A DNA stretch of 64,000 nt, from the NCBI GenBank assembly GCA_002269645.1, contig NIVC01000528.1, positions 124,001 to 188,000 on the forward strand. The letters run 5' to 3'. This document shows, piece by piece, positions 23,821 to 36,010 of the stretch (position 1 is its first letter; the number at the start of each line of letters is the position of its first letter). The notes under the pieces were generated by a model. It made no database searches and had not been told where the DNA came from. It saw nothing but the letters and a program-made list of their open reading frames with translations. The translations under genes and the position numbers were made by a program. This stretch comes from Macrostomum lignano. Taxonomy: Eukaryota.

Positions 23821-25272
23821 ATGACCAGCCTGTTCGAGAAGCTCGGCGCCGCGGGCGCCAACATGTCGCAAGATGACTTGAGCGCCCGGTTGAACACATT
23901 CAACCGCTGCTACATCGCGATGGAGCAGTCCGAGTTCTGCCGAAATATGCTGGACGACTATTTCGAGAATCAGGGCATGGGCTTCAAGCTGGGCATGATC
24001 ACCGCCCTCGGCCTGCTGTTCGCCTGTGGCGTCCTCGGCAACTTCCTCGTCATCTTCAGCATTCTGCTGTTCCCTTCAATGCGCTCTCGAACCAACATCT
24101 TCCTGCTGAACCTGGCCGTCAGCGATCTGCTGGTGTTCCTCGTCTGCGTGCCGATCACCGTCTACAACCTGTTGCAGACGCGCTGGCACCTCGGTGTGGC
24201 CCTCTGCAAGCTGTCCCCCTTCCTGCAGTGCGTCTCTGTGTGCGTCAGCATCGGCTCCTTGGCTTCCATGTCCATCAAGCGCTACCTGGTGATCCGATAC
24301 CCCATGACGGCCAAGGAGCGACTCTCCAACCGGGTCATGTGCCTCTGGATGGCGGCCATTTGGACTCTCGCCGCTCTCATTAGCAGCCCCATCGCTGCGG
24401 TGCACCGGATCACCGAGCACCAGCTGTTCTGGAAGACCTCCATCCTGTCCTGCCAGGAGGAGTGGGCATCGCCAGCCAACAAGCTCGCCTACACGCTGTT
24501 CCTGTTCATCGCACTGTACCTGGCCCCCCTCATCGCCATGGCCATCTTCTACTCAATGCTGGGCCGCACTCTCGTCTCCACGGTAAAGTTCACTCGACAG
24601 GTGACCAACGAGACGCACCAGAACAGCCTCCGCGCAGTGAGCCGGGGGCGAGTCAAGGTCAGCAAGATGATGATCGCCCTGCTGATGGCCTTCGCCGTGT
24701 GCTGGCTGCCGCATTACGTAGTCATGATATACATGGACCTGCGCCAGCTGCGCGGCTCCGAGCTGCTCTCCACCGGCAACGCCACCGAGCCTTCGGCAGC
24801 AAACGCAAACGACAGCCAGGTGGGGCGCGTCTACGTTGCCATGACAACGGCCCTGCCAATCACGCTGCTGATGAGCTACGCCAACAGCGCAATTAACCCT
24901 CTCTGCCTGCTGCTTATCAGCTCGAAGTTCAAAAAGTACTTCAGGCTGATCCTGACCTGCAAGTGTGATGCCGAATCCAGAGCTGCCAGGGCCAGGACTG
25001 AGCAGCTGCAGCTGCACTCGTACTGCTCGCGCCAGCAGCACCAGCAGCACCAGCAGCACCAGCAGCACCAGCAGCTGCTGCATCCTCATCAAGAGTCACC
25101 AAATCACCAGCAGCACCAGCAGCTGCTGCATCCTCACCAAGAGTCACCAAATCACCAGCAGCACCAGCAGCTGCTGCATCCTCATCAAGAGTCACCAAAT
25201 CACCAGCAGCACCAGGCTATAGTCAACCGGCCACAGGCTGAGGCTGAGGATGAGCCCGAGCGGCTCGAGTAA
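23821..25272 (+). CDS. Intronless class A neuropeptide GPCR, orexin/allatotropin-receptor-like, 483 aa
   Basis: Seven hydrophobic helices with GN (TM1), NLAVSD (TM2), LCKLSPFLQCVSV (TM3), CWLP (TM6), YANSAINP (TM7); ligand family is inferred from motif resemblance only. Confidence 0.92.
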   Translation: MTSLFEKLGAAGANMSQDDLSARLNTFNRCYIAMEQSEFCRNMLDDYFENQGMGFKLGMITALGLLFACGVLGNFLVIFSILLFPSMRSRTNIFLLNLAVSDLLVFLVCVPITVYNLLQTRWHLGVALCKLSPFLQCVSVCVSIGSLASMSIKRYLVIRYPMTAKERLSNRVMCLWMAAIWTLAALISSPIAAVHRITEHQLFWKTSILSCQEEWASPANKLAYTLFLFIALYLAPLIAMAIFYSMLGRTLVSTVKFTRQVTNETHQNSLRAVSRGRVKVSKMMIALLMAFAVCWLPHYVVMIYMDLRQLRGSELLSTGNATEPSAANANDSQVGRVYVAMTTALPITLLMSYANSAINPLCLLLISSKFKKYFRLILTCKCDAESRAARARTEQLQLHSYCSRQQHQQHQQHQQHQQLLHPHQESPNHQQHQQLLHPHQESPNHQQHQQLLHPHQESPNHQQHQAIVNRPQAEAEDEPERLE

Positions 25273-26452
25273 ACTGACTCAAAATTGAATCGGAACTGAA
25301 ATCCGACTGCTGCTACCGCTGGAAAACTGCCAGTTTGTCAGTTGTCATTCTCCACTCACTCCCAGATCACATGCTTAGATGCATGACAACCCAGTGTCAG
25401 ACAGCTGATCGATGCAACTGACTCCTGCATCCTCAGCTGCTGATTTTCTCAAGCTGAGCACATCATTGGTCGGCTCTTTGTTCCAAATCAAATTTGCGCC
25501 CTTTTCAATCGCTTCATTCTTTCGATTTTAGCTCGTACCAAGCATCTGATCCTTTTCTAGGGATGTTTTTTTATCACTATACTCATCTCTAACATGTATG
25601 AACTACACTATTAACCACTACTCAAAATTTTTTTCAAAAGCTTATTATTGTCGCTAGCAGCCCCATACTTCTGCATGGAACAGATGGGGCTGCTGGAGCT
25701 ACTCACTGATGCTGAGCCCAGTCCGTAAACATGTGAACCCCATGCACACGCTTTCAAAACACATCCCTCACTGGCAGAGTGCGCCCCGGATGGCAACTAT
25801 TAGTCTTGTTGCTTATCCCTCTAATTAAAGTTGTTAAATGATCTTTCGTGAAAGTTTCCCGTAGCTGAGCGCCCAGCAACTGTTTGAATTTCATTTCACA
25901 CACGAGGGGTCTCCGCTGCGCTCAGTTGACGCACGCAAAACTGCAGAGGAAATGACCAGCCAGCCCAGGCAGTCCCTCAGTCCCACTGCCATCGAGAGGA
26001 GTTGATGAGGCCAACTTTGTCAGGATTCTGCCGGCTCCCTGGCCCGGAGACCGCTGTGCTGAGGGCTTCGCTCTGCGCTCCTGCCTTGCCTGCCATGACA
26101 AATTCGAATCTGACTGCCTCAACTGGCAGTCCTGTGCTCCCTCACTCCGCTGCTCGTGTTGCCATCAATTCATCATTTGCTTCCTGCTGGCGCTCTGCTT
26201 GTGCAGTCGGTGACGCCACTCTCTTTACTGACTCTCCGCTCTTGGAAATCTGCATGTTACGAATGTGTATTGTGAAAGTCTTTGCAAACAATATTTTGCA
26301 TGTTCCGTGCGATAAACTGCAAAGTTAGAAAGCTGTCTGTTCAATGTCCAATGCACAGTGTCCTCTGCCCATGTCACTGCATAAATAAATTAGAAACACG
26401 CTTAGCTGACACATGCATTAGCGAGATAGAAAGCTTTTAGTTTTTAAGCACT

Positions 26453-27525
26453 TTGTCCTCTGTCCTTTGTCCTTTGTCCTCTTTCCTTTGTCCCCTGTCC
26501 TTTGTCCTCTGTCCTTCGTTCACTGTCCTTTGTCCCCTGTCCTTTGTCCTCTGTCCTTTGTCTTTTGTCCTCATTCCTTTTTCCCCTGTCCTTTGTCCTC
26601 TGTCCTTTGTCCTCTGTCCTTTGTCCTCTGTCCTTTGTCCTCTGTCCTTTTTCCTCTGTCCTTTGTCCTCTGTCCTTTGTCCTCTGTCCTTTGTCCTCTG
26701 TCCTTTGTCCTCTGTCCTTTGTCCTCTGTCCTTTGTCCTCTGTCCTTTGTCCTCTGTCCTTTGTCCTCTGTCCTTTGTCCTCTGTCCTTTGTCCTCTGTC
26801 CTTTGTCCTCTGTCCTTTGTCCTCTGTCCTTTGTCCTCTGTCCTTTGTCCTCTGTCCTTTGTCCTCTGTCCTTTGTCCTCTGTCCTTTGTCCTCTGTCCT
26901 TTGTCCTCTGTCCTTTGTCCTCTGTCCTTTGTCCTCTGTCCTTTGTCCTCTGTCCTTTGTCCTCTGTCCTTTGTCCTCTGTCCTTTGTCCTCTGTCCTTT
27001 GTCCTCTGTCCTTTGTCCTCTGTCCTTTGTCCTCTGTCCTTTGTCCTCTGTCCTTTGTCCTCTGTCCTTTGTCCTCTGTCCTTTGTCCTCTGTCCTTTGT
27101 CCTCTGTCCTTTGTCCTCTGTCCTTTGTCCTCTGTCCTTTGTCCTCTGTCCTTTGTCCTCTGTCCTTTGTCCTCTGTCCTTTGTCCTCTGTCCTTTGTCC
27201 TCTGTCCTTTGTCCTCTGTCCTTTGTCCTCTGTCCTTTGTCCTCTGTCCTTTGTCCTCTGTCCTTTGTCCTCTGTCCTTTGTCCTCTGTCCTTTGTCCTC
27301 TGTCCTTTGTCCTCTGTCCTTTGTCCTCTGTCCTTTGTCCTCTGTCCTTTGTCCTCTGTCCTTTGTCCTCTGTCCTTTGTCCTCTGTCCTTTGTCCTCTG
27401 TCCTTTGTCCTCTGTCCTTTGTCCTCTGTCCTTTGTCCTCTGTCCTTTGTCCTCTGTCCTTTGTCCTCTGTCCTTTGTCCTCTGTCCTTTGTCCTCTGTC
27501 CTTTTTCCTCTGTCCTCTGTCTTTT
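26453..27525. repeat. 14-bp (2x7) minisatellite TCCTCTGTCCTTTG
   Basis: Long near-perfect array; the 360-396-aa ORFs here are artefacts. Confidence 0.97.
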
Positions 27526-28169
27526 GTCTGGTGCCCAGGTCCTTCTGGTTCACATTTACATTGTCCCAACCATCCGCAAATTTCTGTACCATAACTACAC
27601 GTACAACTAAGCAGCCGGTATATTTGCACTGCACTCGACAAACGAGATTGCTGGCACATTTCTCTTTGATTCGAGGTACCGATTGAGAAGGAAAATTGCC
27701 TGCTAGCTGGGCTCTGTTTGGCTGTTAGTCAATCTACAAAAAAGCGAATTTCTTCCCTGGAATTCCTTGGATAAATTCAGTGAATTTTAGGAATGTCGGT
27801 GCGATTTATCTGTTAGGGGGAATGAAATTGCCAGGAGTAGGTGGGAAATTTCCTGTTTGGGGGAATTAAACTCCCAGGAAAAGGTGGGGAGCTGCTTATG
27901 GAGAAGTGAGGAAAATACCCTACCTCCATCTGCATTGATGAGGGGGAATGATGCCAGCTTGAGTTCAGTGACAGAATTGTCACAGAATCACGTCAACTAT
28001 TAGCTTAAACCCTCCCCAAAAATTTCGCGCTTCAGACACGCCTGATCAATAATTAACAGGGTACGTAATTAATCAGTAATTACGAGTACTGAACGCCTTT
28101 AGTAGCAAAAATTCTTTGCATTTCAAGATAATTGTCGTCTGCGGATGAGGAGTAACTAAGGTCTGTAAC

Positions 28170-29505
28170 TATGCTCACGCATGTCTAATGACCCGCTGCA
28201 GTCGGCCCACCAAAGTAAAGCATCTGCTTGCGGTCGCAGACCTGCCACCAGTCTGCCACATCGCCCTCGAGCGAGCCTGCGACCTCCGCGAGCGCATGCT
28301 CCGCCTCAGCCAGAGCACCCCAGCGCGAGAAATTGCAGCCCGAGAAACTCGCCTGCGCCTCAAGAACTGCAGCTTCAAAGCCACACAACGTGTTGGGCCC
28401 CCAGATCCGAACCAAGAGTCCCCGAGGATCCACAAACAGCCAGGTCTCTGCACGGACAGCAGCCGCGCCTTCCGCAGATGCTGGCGTCGAGCAGGACTGC
28501 ACGGCTGCCCTAGACGCCAGCAGCAGAGCCGCGCCCATGGTCGGCGGCCGCTGCTGAAAACATCACTTTCGACGTTTCTACCAGCCTCGTCATCCGCCGA
28601 GATATGCCGCCCGCCGATCGCGCAGAGCAAGCGGCACCCATCATCGCCCTGCTCCACGAGGACCCCGACACCCTCTGGACGGACGGCTCCGCCACCAACG
28701 GATATTTTAATGGCGGAGGAGCAGCCGTGCAGCTCGGCGTGAACGGCGATCTTACTGAACACCTCGCAGCGACAGGCGCCCTATGCATGCTCTCCCGAGC
28801 CGAGCTGACCGCCATCCGTGAAGCCTGCGTGCGCGGCTGCGAGCCCTGCCTAACATCCACGCCAGGCCCTTCAGCATCGCCACTGACAGCCTCAGCGCCA
28901 TCGCGGCCCTCCAAGGCGCCCCCCTCACCCAGACCGAGCCGGTGGCCGCCGATTGCTGGGACCTCATGATCCGACTCGCTCACGCTGGCGCCGACCGAAG
29001 TTCTACTGGGTCCCAGACCACTGCGGCGTCGCCGGGAACGAGGCCGCCGATCAAGCCGCAGGCCGGGCTGCCACCCTCGACCAGCGCGACGTAGCTACGC
29101 CCCTCAGCGCCGCGAAAGCTGCAGTGCGCCGCAGCCGCCGTACGCTGGACATTGTCGCTTCCAGCCAACCCTGACCGGCGCCCACCAACTTGTCCCGCCA
29201 TCACCAGGTACTGCTCAATCAGTTCAGAGCAGGAGCCAGCACCATCAACGCCAGCTCCCGGCACCAAATGGGCCTCGACGAATCGTCTAACTGCCCTGAC
29301 TGCGGCCAACCCGACACCGTCGCCCATGTGCTGGAATAGTGCCAGCGCGGAGACCGGTTCCGCGCTTTCCACGGCGCCCCGATGACCGAAGACTTGCTGG
29401 GGTCCCCGACCCTTTTTAGGGCTTCTGCGTAGTATGGGGCGTGTTCCCCCGCTCCTATCGGCTAACGCCGCCACGAGCGTGCCCTGAAGAAGAAGAAGAA
29501 GAAGG
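28170..29505 (+). mobile_element. 5'-truncated, decayed non-LTR retrotransposon with RNase H (I/Ingi/Nimb-like): post-RT region, RNase H, CCHC finger, (GAA)n tail
   Basis: LWTDGS...RAELTAI...IATDSLSAIAAL...YWVPDHCGVAGNEAAD across frameshifts; CPDCGQPDTVAHVLE*C with an in-frame stop; ends in TGAAGAAGAAGAAGAAGAAG. Confidence 0.85.
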
Positions 29506-30114
29506 GCATGAGAAGAAGGTACATCTTCTTCAGACGCAGGGGCTCGCACGACAGCGGCCGGTACGGAAGAAATCTCTTACGCTCTCAGCTGACATGGCGA
29601 CCTGTTTGTATAGCCAATCGGTACATTTACCATGGCCAGCTCGAAATGGAAGGCATCCACATTCGCTGAATAAGCATTTGCGAAACCGCTTCTATAGATG
29701 AATGCTTGTAATGCCTGATTGTAAGAACCGCCTTGAATAAATGGCACGGCATATTATAGCTTGAAAGTAGCCAATATTATGACTCAAAATTGTTCTCAAA
29801 CTTGTTCACTTGGCAATGCCGCGCTCAGACATTCAGTATCCAAGTTAATTTGCTTTGTTTTGTTAGTCTACGAACATTTCCTGCCATGAGAACGAATTTC
29901 ACTGGATAAGACTACGGATTACGGTTTTTAATGCAAGGGGCATTGGCGATAAAGGAATTTTACTGTTTTTTGCACTAAATTGAAAATTTGCAACCGAATT
30001 TCCAGCAAGTAGTAGAATTCACAAGCATGTGTTTTTGCCTCGGCAGGGAGCGCGCATGCAAATTGTACATTCCATCTCAATCTGGAGGTCTGGAGCTTTG
30101 CCTTTGGTTTATCT

Positions 30115-30357
30115 GTCTCTCTCTGTCTGCCTCTCTCTCTCCCTCTTTCCCTCTCTCTCTTTCCTTCTCTCTCTTTCCCCCTCTCTCTCTTTCCCCCTCT
30201 CTCTCCCTCTCTCCCTCTCTCTCTCTTTCCTTCTCTCTCTTTCCTTCTCTCTCTTTCCTTCTCTCTCTTTCCCCCTCTCTCTCCCTCTCTCCCTCTCTCT
30301 CTCTTTCCTTCTCTCTCTTTCCCCCTCTCTCTCTTTCCCCCTCTCTCTCCCTCTCTC
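30115..30357. repeat. CT-rich low-complexity repeat
   Basis: (CT)n/TTCC units. Confidence 0.9.
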
Positions 30358-30945
30358 CGCAACCTGGAGCGCAACGACTTCGAGTTCGACGGCAGGTACT
30401 TTCTGCAGGGGAAAGGCACTGCCATGGGGAAGTCGTTCGTGCCCAGCTACAGCAACGGATCTACAGCAACAGAACAGAAGCCCAGCCTGTGGCTCCGCTA
30501 CATCGACAGCGTCTTTGGAGTGTGACGGGGAACTGAAGCGGAGCTAGTACGGTTCCACTAACATCTGGATGTCCTTGACCCGAACATCCGGCTTCAACTG
30601 AGCTCCAGAAGCACAGAGGTCAACTTTCTGGACACCAACGTCTTCTGGGACCCGCGAGGGCGACAACAAGAGCCTGGCAGCCAGGGTGTATATCAAGCAC
30701 ACTGACAGCCGAGCTCTGATCCACTACGGCTCCTTTCATCCTAGGCGGACCTTCAGGGGGCGTGGGGAAGTCCCAGCTCCTCAGGTACGCCCGGCGGTGC
30801 TCCCGGATGGCCGACCTCGATGCAGCGTGCACCAGGCTGATGTCGAATCTGGTGCAGCAGCAAGGCTACAACCGGCGTTTCCTCCGCACCATCAAGTACG
30901 ACCTGCTGAATCAGCTGGGTTTCTACCCGACCGGAAGGTGGGAGC
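30358..30945 (+). mobile_element. Decayed Penelope-like element reverse transcriptase fragment
   Basis: NLERNDFEFDGRYFLQGKGTAMGKSFVPSYSN; WLRYIDSVFGV* (YIDD degenerate); VNFLDT; YIKHTDSRALIHYGSFHP; KSQLLRYARRCS; stops and frameshifts present. Confidence 0.85.
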
Positions 30946-31559
30946 TCGGCTTCCTGCCTTTTTCCTTTTTCTCCTGTCAATCTCCTTTTTTGACGCAGTA
31001 GCTCTAACATGATGCCCTTTTACTTGTTATTATTTTTGCCCTTGTGAAGAGCTTACTCAGTGATTTTTCTGCTCCTCTGCTATTGTGGCTATTGTGTGTA
31101 CTTGTTTGTTGATACTGGCGCCGTGTGCGGTGCACCGGAACTCTGCTCATCATTTATCGTTAAGGCCCACTTGTACGCGCGATAGTTCTAGCCATTTACT
31201 AAGGTATTTATTATCCAGTTTATATTTCTTCATTAATTCTATTTACTTTGATCTGTTACTCATCATAGTTTATCTACTAGCCATTTAGCCCCCCTCCGGG
31301 TGGCTTCTTAGCAGTTTAGCGCTTGTCTATAAGCAGTTTTGCACAGTCGCTGAGCAAATCTCACTAATCTCCGAGCAGTTCTGCAGTAGCAAATCTAAGC
31401 AGTTGTACACCAATTTTACTGAGACTAAAAAGTTCTAAAAAGTTACATTTCCTAATGTTTGAAACTGCAATTTCAATTCATTTATAGTTCTTTTATGATT
31501 ATTCGTTATTTTCAAATCCTCACCAGATTAGCACTATTCTCCCACATTAGCCCTACACC

Positions 31560-32135
31560 CCCAGATTAGCCCCACTTCCCCCAGATTAGCACTGCGCCCA
31601 GATTAGCACTCAGCCTAGATTAGCACTCAGCCCAGATTAGCACTGCGCCCAGATTAGCACTGCGCCCAGATTAGCACTCAGCCTAGATTAGCACTCAGCC
31701 CAGATTAGCACTGCGCCCAGATTAGCACTGCGCCCAGATTAGCACTCAGCCTAGATTAGCACTCAGCCCAGATTAGCACTCAGCCCAGATTAGCACTCAG
31801 CCCAGATAAGCACTCAGCCCAGATTAGCACTCAGCCCAGATAAGCACTCAGCCCAGATTAGCACTGCGCCCAGATTAGCACTCAGCCCAGATTAGCACTC
31901 AACCCAGATTAGCACTGCGCCCAGATTAGCACTCAGCCCAGATAAGCACTCAGCCCAGATTAGCACTGCGCCCAGATTAGCACTCAGCCCAGATTAGCAC
32001 TCAGCCCAGATTAGCACTCAGCCCAGATAAGCACTCAGCCCAGATTAGCACTCAGCCCAGATAAGCACTCAGCCCAGATTAGCACTCAGCCCAGATTAGC
32101 ACTCAGCCCAGATTAGCACTCAGCCTAGATTAGCA
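31560..32135. repeat. 17-bp minisatellite (CCAGATTAGCACTCAGC / ...ACTGCGC)
   Basis: Tandem periodicity. Confidence 0.95.
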
Positions 32136-32439
32136 CCGCTCCACAGATAACCGCCGCTTCCCAGATAGTTTCACCTTCCCAGATTAGCAATACTTCTCCA
32201 GATTCGCACCACTCCGCAAAAATTCGCACCGAATTCGTAGAGATCGAACTCTACTTTTAGCCATCAATCTGTTCTTCTTAGAGTCTGACTCATTATATTG
32301 TACATGTGATGAGACTTACGTACTGTTTTATGCGCTTGCACTCTTGTTTCTCTCTCTCCTTATCGATTTTCTCCTTCCTGGCGTTACCGCCTTCAAATAT
32401 TGACGGCGACTCACGAAAATAAACTTTGCTGTACTCATC

Positions 32440-32472
32440 CTGACGAAGAATTTACCAAATTCGAAATATCGG
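32440..32472 (+). ncRNA. Candidate minimal hammerhead-ribozyme motif
   Basis: CTGACGA-A-GAATTT(ACC)AAATTC-GAA-ATAT-C-GG: core, perfect 6-bp stem II and palindromic stem III; stem I is weak. Confidence 0.4.
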
Positions 32473-32921
32473 CAATATTACCTAAATTGACTTATCAGTC
32501 CTTTTTTCACATCAGATTGGAGGTGTCCTGTCTCTCCCAATGTCTTCTTTCTCTCTCTCCCATCTCTCCTCTCTTCCTTTACGTCTCGAAAATTACGAGA
32601 CGATCAGACCCATAAAATTGTTCTTTTCTTCCGTCTAGTCCAGGCTGTGCCGGCTCTGTCAAAGTTCTGGTCTGTTGTTTTCCTACTTCAGTTTCCGTAC
32701 AGACAGATGAAACACGCAATTTGCTCTCAGACTCCAAGCCTTCCTCACAACAATAACAAAGTCAATAAACAGCGCGTAATGCAATCACCGAAGTGAACTC
32801 GGGTATTCGACAAGTCACTGTTTATTTTTCATATTCCACACAGTGATCTTTCAGTAAGTGTTGTTAAGTAGCGTCCTGACGGCATGAGTAGTGCAGAACG
32901 CAGAATCGAACTCGTTGCTCT

Positions 32922-33086
32922 TCATAGGCAAATGTCCCCATTGCATGGCGGCAGCGGACCGGGCGAATTACTGTAGCAGAATCCGTCGGGACCGCAAACA
33001 CATCTTGGACCACAGGGATAATATTGTGCATTAACAGCTGCCATCAGCGCAGCGACGAACACCAACAGAGCAAACAGAACTCGCAT
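32922..33086 (-). CDS. Small secreted six-cysteine peptide precursor, copy A: MRVLFALLVFVAALMAAVNA-QYYPCGPRCVCGPDGFCYSNSPGPLPPCNGDICL
   Basis: Manual translation (54 aa, below the ORF-track cutoff); classic 20-aa signal peptide ending in VNA; TATAAATA at 33188-33181; AATAAA at 32826-32821. Confidence 0.8.
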   Translation of the reverse strand: MRVLFALLVFVAALMAAVNAQYYPCGPRCVCGPDGFCYSNSPGPLPPCNGDICL

Positions 33087-33837
33087 GCTGTTTCTTGAAG
33101 ATGTGAACTTGTTGCAGAAGATAATTTTGTAACTCGTAGGAGGATTTGTAGGCTTGATTTTGTGCCAGTGCTCAGTTTCATATTTATAGATTCAAGATCC
33201 CATAAAGCACGGCTGCAATCGTTTAAATCACGCACTGCTTGACAAGCAGCTCCCAGCAAATTATTCGACTTTCTGCTCAGGTCGCAATAAATTTTCATGT
33301 CCCTGGATTGAGCTTGATTGATGATTTAGAGTTAATTCGCATGGCGTTAACTAACATTTGACATTTTCTCCACGCCTGCAAAATATGCGAAGCTGCTTTT
33401 GAACTGTGCGCAGGCACGCTGGAGGCTGTTCACAAGGACTTTTTCTCGTTGCCGAGGCATCAAAACCTCGATCTTTTGCAGTTCCTCCAAAATCTCCTAA
33501 AAATCGACCTGTAAATGTTCACATACGCTCGTAAGCTAAACAGATTTTGATGGATTGACAAGCTCTTAATCTCTTAAGCTCTTAGATTTCAACTTCGATG
33601 CAAAGCAACTCAAGGGGGTGCTAACGCACATGACAGAAGCACATGACCGTTGGTTCTGCTTTCAGGAAGCGACACTGAGCTGCCCACATAACATTTTGTA
33701 GAAATTGAGTCTCAAATTCTGAATTCAATCGCACATTCCTACTGACAAACCATTTTTAGTACGAGTATGTAGAATTAAAATTTTCACACAAAAACAGATA
33801 ATAGAATTCTTTTATAGAATTTTCATTCCTGTCGTAG

Positions 33838-34826
33838 AATCAGTCAGTAGAGTGCCAGTCAGCAGAGACCCAATCAGTAGAGACCCAGTCAGTAGAGTCC
33901 CAGTCAGTAGAGTGCCAGTCAGTAGAGTCCCAGTCAGTAGAGTCCCAGTCAGTAGAGTCCCAGTCAGCAGAGACCCAGTCAGTAGAGTCCCAGTCAGTAG
34001 AGTTCCACTCAGTAGAGTCCCAGTCAGTAGAGTCCCAGTCAGTAGAAAAACTGTGAATTACAGTTCAGTGTGCTGGCGCAGCTCCACACAGCTTCACCCT
34101 TGATGAGGATGCATGCTCCGCGCCGTAGGCTTGCCTTGGCGGCTTTTCTTTCAGCGAGGCCACTTCTGCTGTCTAAGGCCCTGCCTGACCGAGAGAGGGC
34201 CTTAATGAGAGTCACTGTCAGTTTTGGTATCACTGTCTCATGATGAGAGTCACCGTCCATCTTGGCGGGTATCGGTGTCTCTCATGATTAGAGTCACTGC
34301 AGTATCTCTTGGTGAATTTCACTGTCTCTCATGGCGAGTGTCACTGTCTCTCATAGCTAGTAGCACTGTCTCTCATGGTGGTGTCACTGTCTCTCATAGT
34401 GAATTTCACTGTCCCTCATGGTGAATTTAAGTGTTTCTCATTGTGAGTGTCACTGTCTCTCATGGTGAGTGTCACTGTCTCTCATGGTGAATTTCACTGT
34501 CTCTCATGGTGAGTGTCACTGTCTTTCATGGTGCGTGTCAATGTCTCTCATGGTGAGGTTCGCTGTCTTTCATGGTGCGTGTCACTGTCTCTCATGGTAA
34601 GTGTCACTGTCTCTCATGGTGAATTTCGCAGTCTCTCATTTTGTATTTCACTGTCTCTCATGGTGAGTGTCACTGTCTTTCATGGTGCGTGTCACTGTCT
34701 CTCATGGTGAGGTTCGCTGTCTTTCATGGTCAGTGTCACTGTCTCCTATGGTAAGTGTCACTGTCTCTCATGGTGAGGTTCATGTCTTTCATGGTGAGTG
34801 TCACTGTCTCTCATGGTGAGTGTCAC
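33838..34826. repeat. 15-bp (CAGTCAGTAGAGTCC, ~33838-34045) and degenerate 22-bp (GTGTCACTGTCTCTCATGGTGA, ~34205-34826) arrays in duplication copy A
   Basis: Tandem periodicity. Confidence 0.9.
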
Positions 34827-36010
34827 TTTAGTTACCACCGGAGACAGTAGCGGTGATGTCAATAGCACTCATGACAGACCTGGAGACAGTAGCGGTGATG
34901 TCAATAGCACTAATGACAGTTAGCGCTGACGCTGGTGAAGGATGCTGAGACGTCTCTGATCGAGCGGCTTTCGCACGACTCCACACGCCGTTTCCTATGC
35001 CTTCCCTCCCTCTGCGTACCCTCCCTTCGTACGCTCCTGATGTGCATCTATAGTATGTTTACACACACACGGCTCAGAGCCCCAGGTAGACAGGTGTAAG
35101 CGGTACAGCCACAAGGCTGTTTTTGTAACGAGCTGAGTCAATTACGAGCTGTTTCTGAAGTCACGGACTTCGGCGTGGTTGAATCGCTTCTCACTCGAAA
35201 GTGAACATGCAGGACACAGAGTGCAGCAAAGTTTTGGACAGAATATTTGCTCTGAAGGTTACTTTTGAATTGTGAAAATATTAGTACCGATCAATCAGTC
35301 AACATATTAATTTATTCGAAATGACCATTTCCAAAATCAGTAAAACAACAAAAGCACTCTCGATTGATTTGCAACTCGACTCTGAAGTTTAACAGCTTAA
35401 TTAACTTTTCAACACTGATTCGGCCGCGGCAAACAGAGGGAATGAATAGAAAACAAGGGGATATCCAATGTCTCGGATTTACATGTGCTACATAGGACTA
35501 ATCATTGAATCATTTTTGAGCCACATTTTCTTCTAGGATATTTGAAGCAAAAATCAGCATACTGTCAAATGGGTCGATTATTAGTGGAAAAGCAGAACAA
35601 AACGTCGTGTTACCTCTGTCTTGCCCTCTCCTGAATAGCTGAGATACCTGCACTGCACCCATTGGGAGCTGACCAGATCATTGCCTCTCCAACTCCCTCT
35701 CTGCCTCTCTCTCCTCGTCTCTTCCTGGCTTTTTCTCGACCTCCTCAACGCCTAATTTTCACCTAATTAAATATGAGCATCGATAAACTTGTTCTGTCAA
35801 AATGCAATTTGCTCTCAGAATTTACTTCTTTCTCAAAAGAATAGAAAAAGTCAAGTAACAGCGCGTAATGCAATCACCGAAGTGAAATCGGGTATTCGAC
35901 AAGTCACTGTTTATTTTTCATATTCCACACAGAGATCTTTCAGTAAGTGTTGTTAAGTAGCGTCCTGACGGCATGAGTAGTGCAGAACGCAGAGTCGAAC
36001 TCGTTGCTCT

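Larger units (their letters stand above)
32710..35490. repeat. Copy A of a ~2.8-kb tandem segmental duplication
   Basis: Near-identical to 35800-38590 (offset 3089, then 2937 after a non-homologous internal segment). Confidence 0.93.

Noticed and set aside
26444-27686. Five 360-396-aa ORFs
   Set aside because: Stop-free 7/14-bp tandem repeat; not coding evidence
33044-33298. 84-aa ORF (and its twin at 36133-36387)
   Set aside because: It starts upstream of the TATA box and has no recognisable features; the overlapping 54-aa frame has signal peptide, Cys framework and promoter/polyA support
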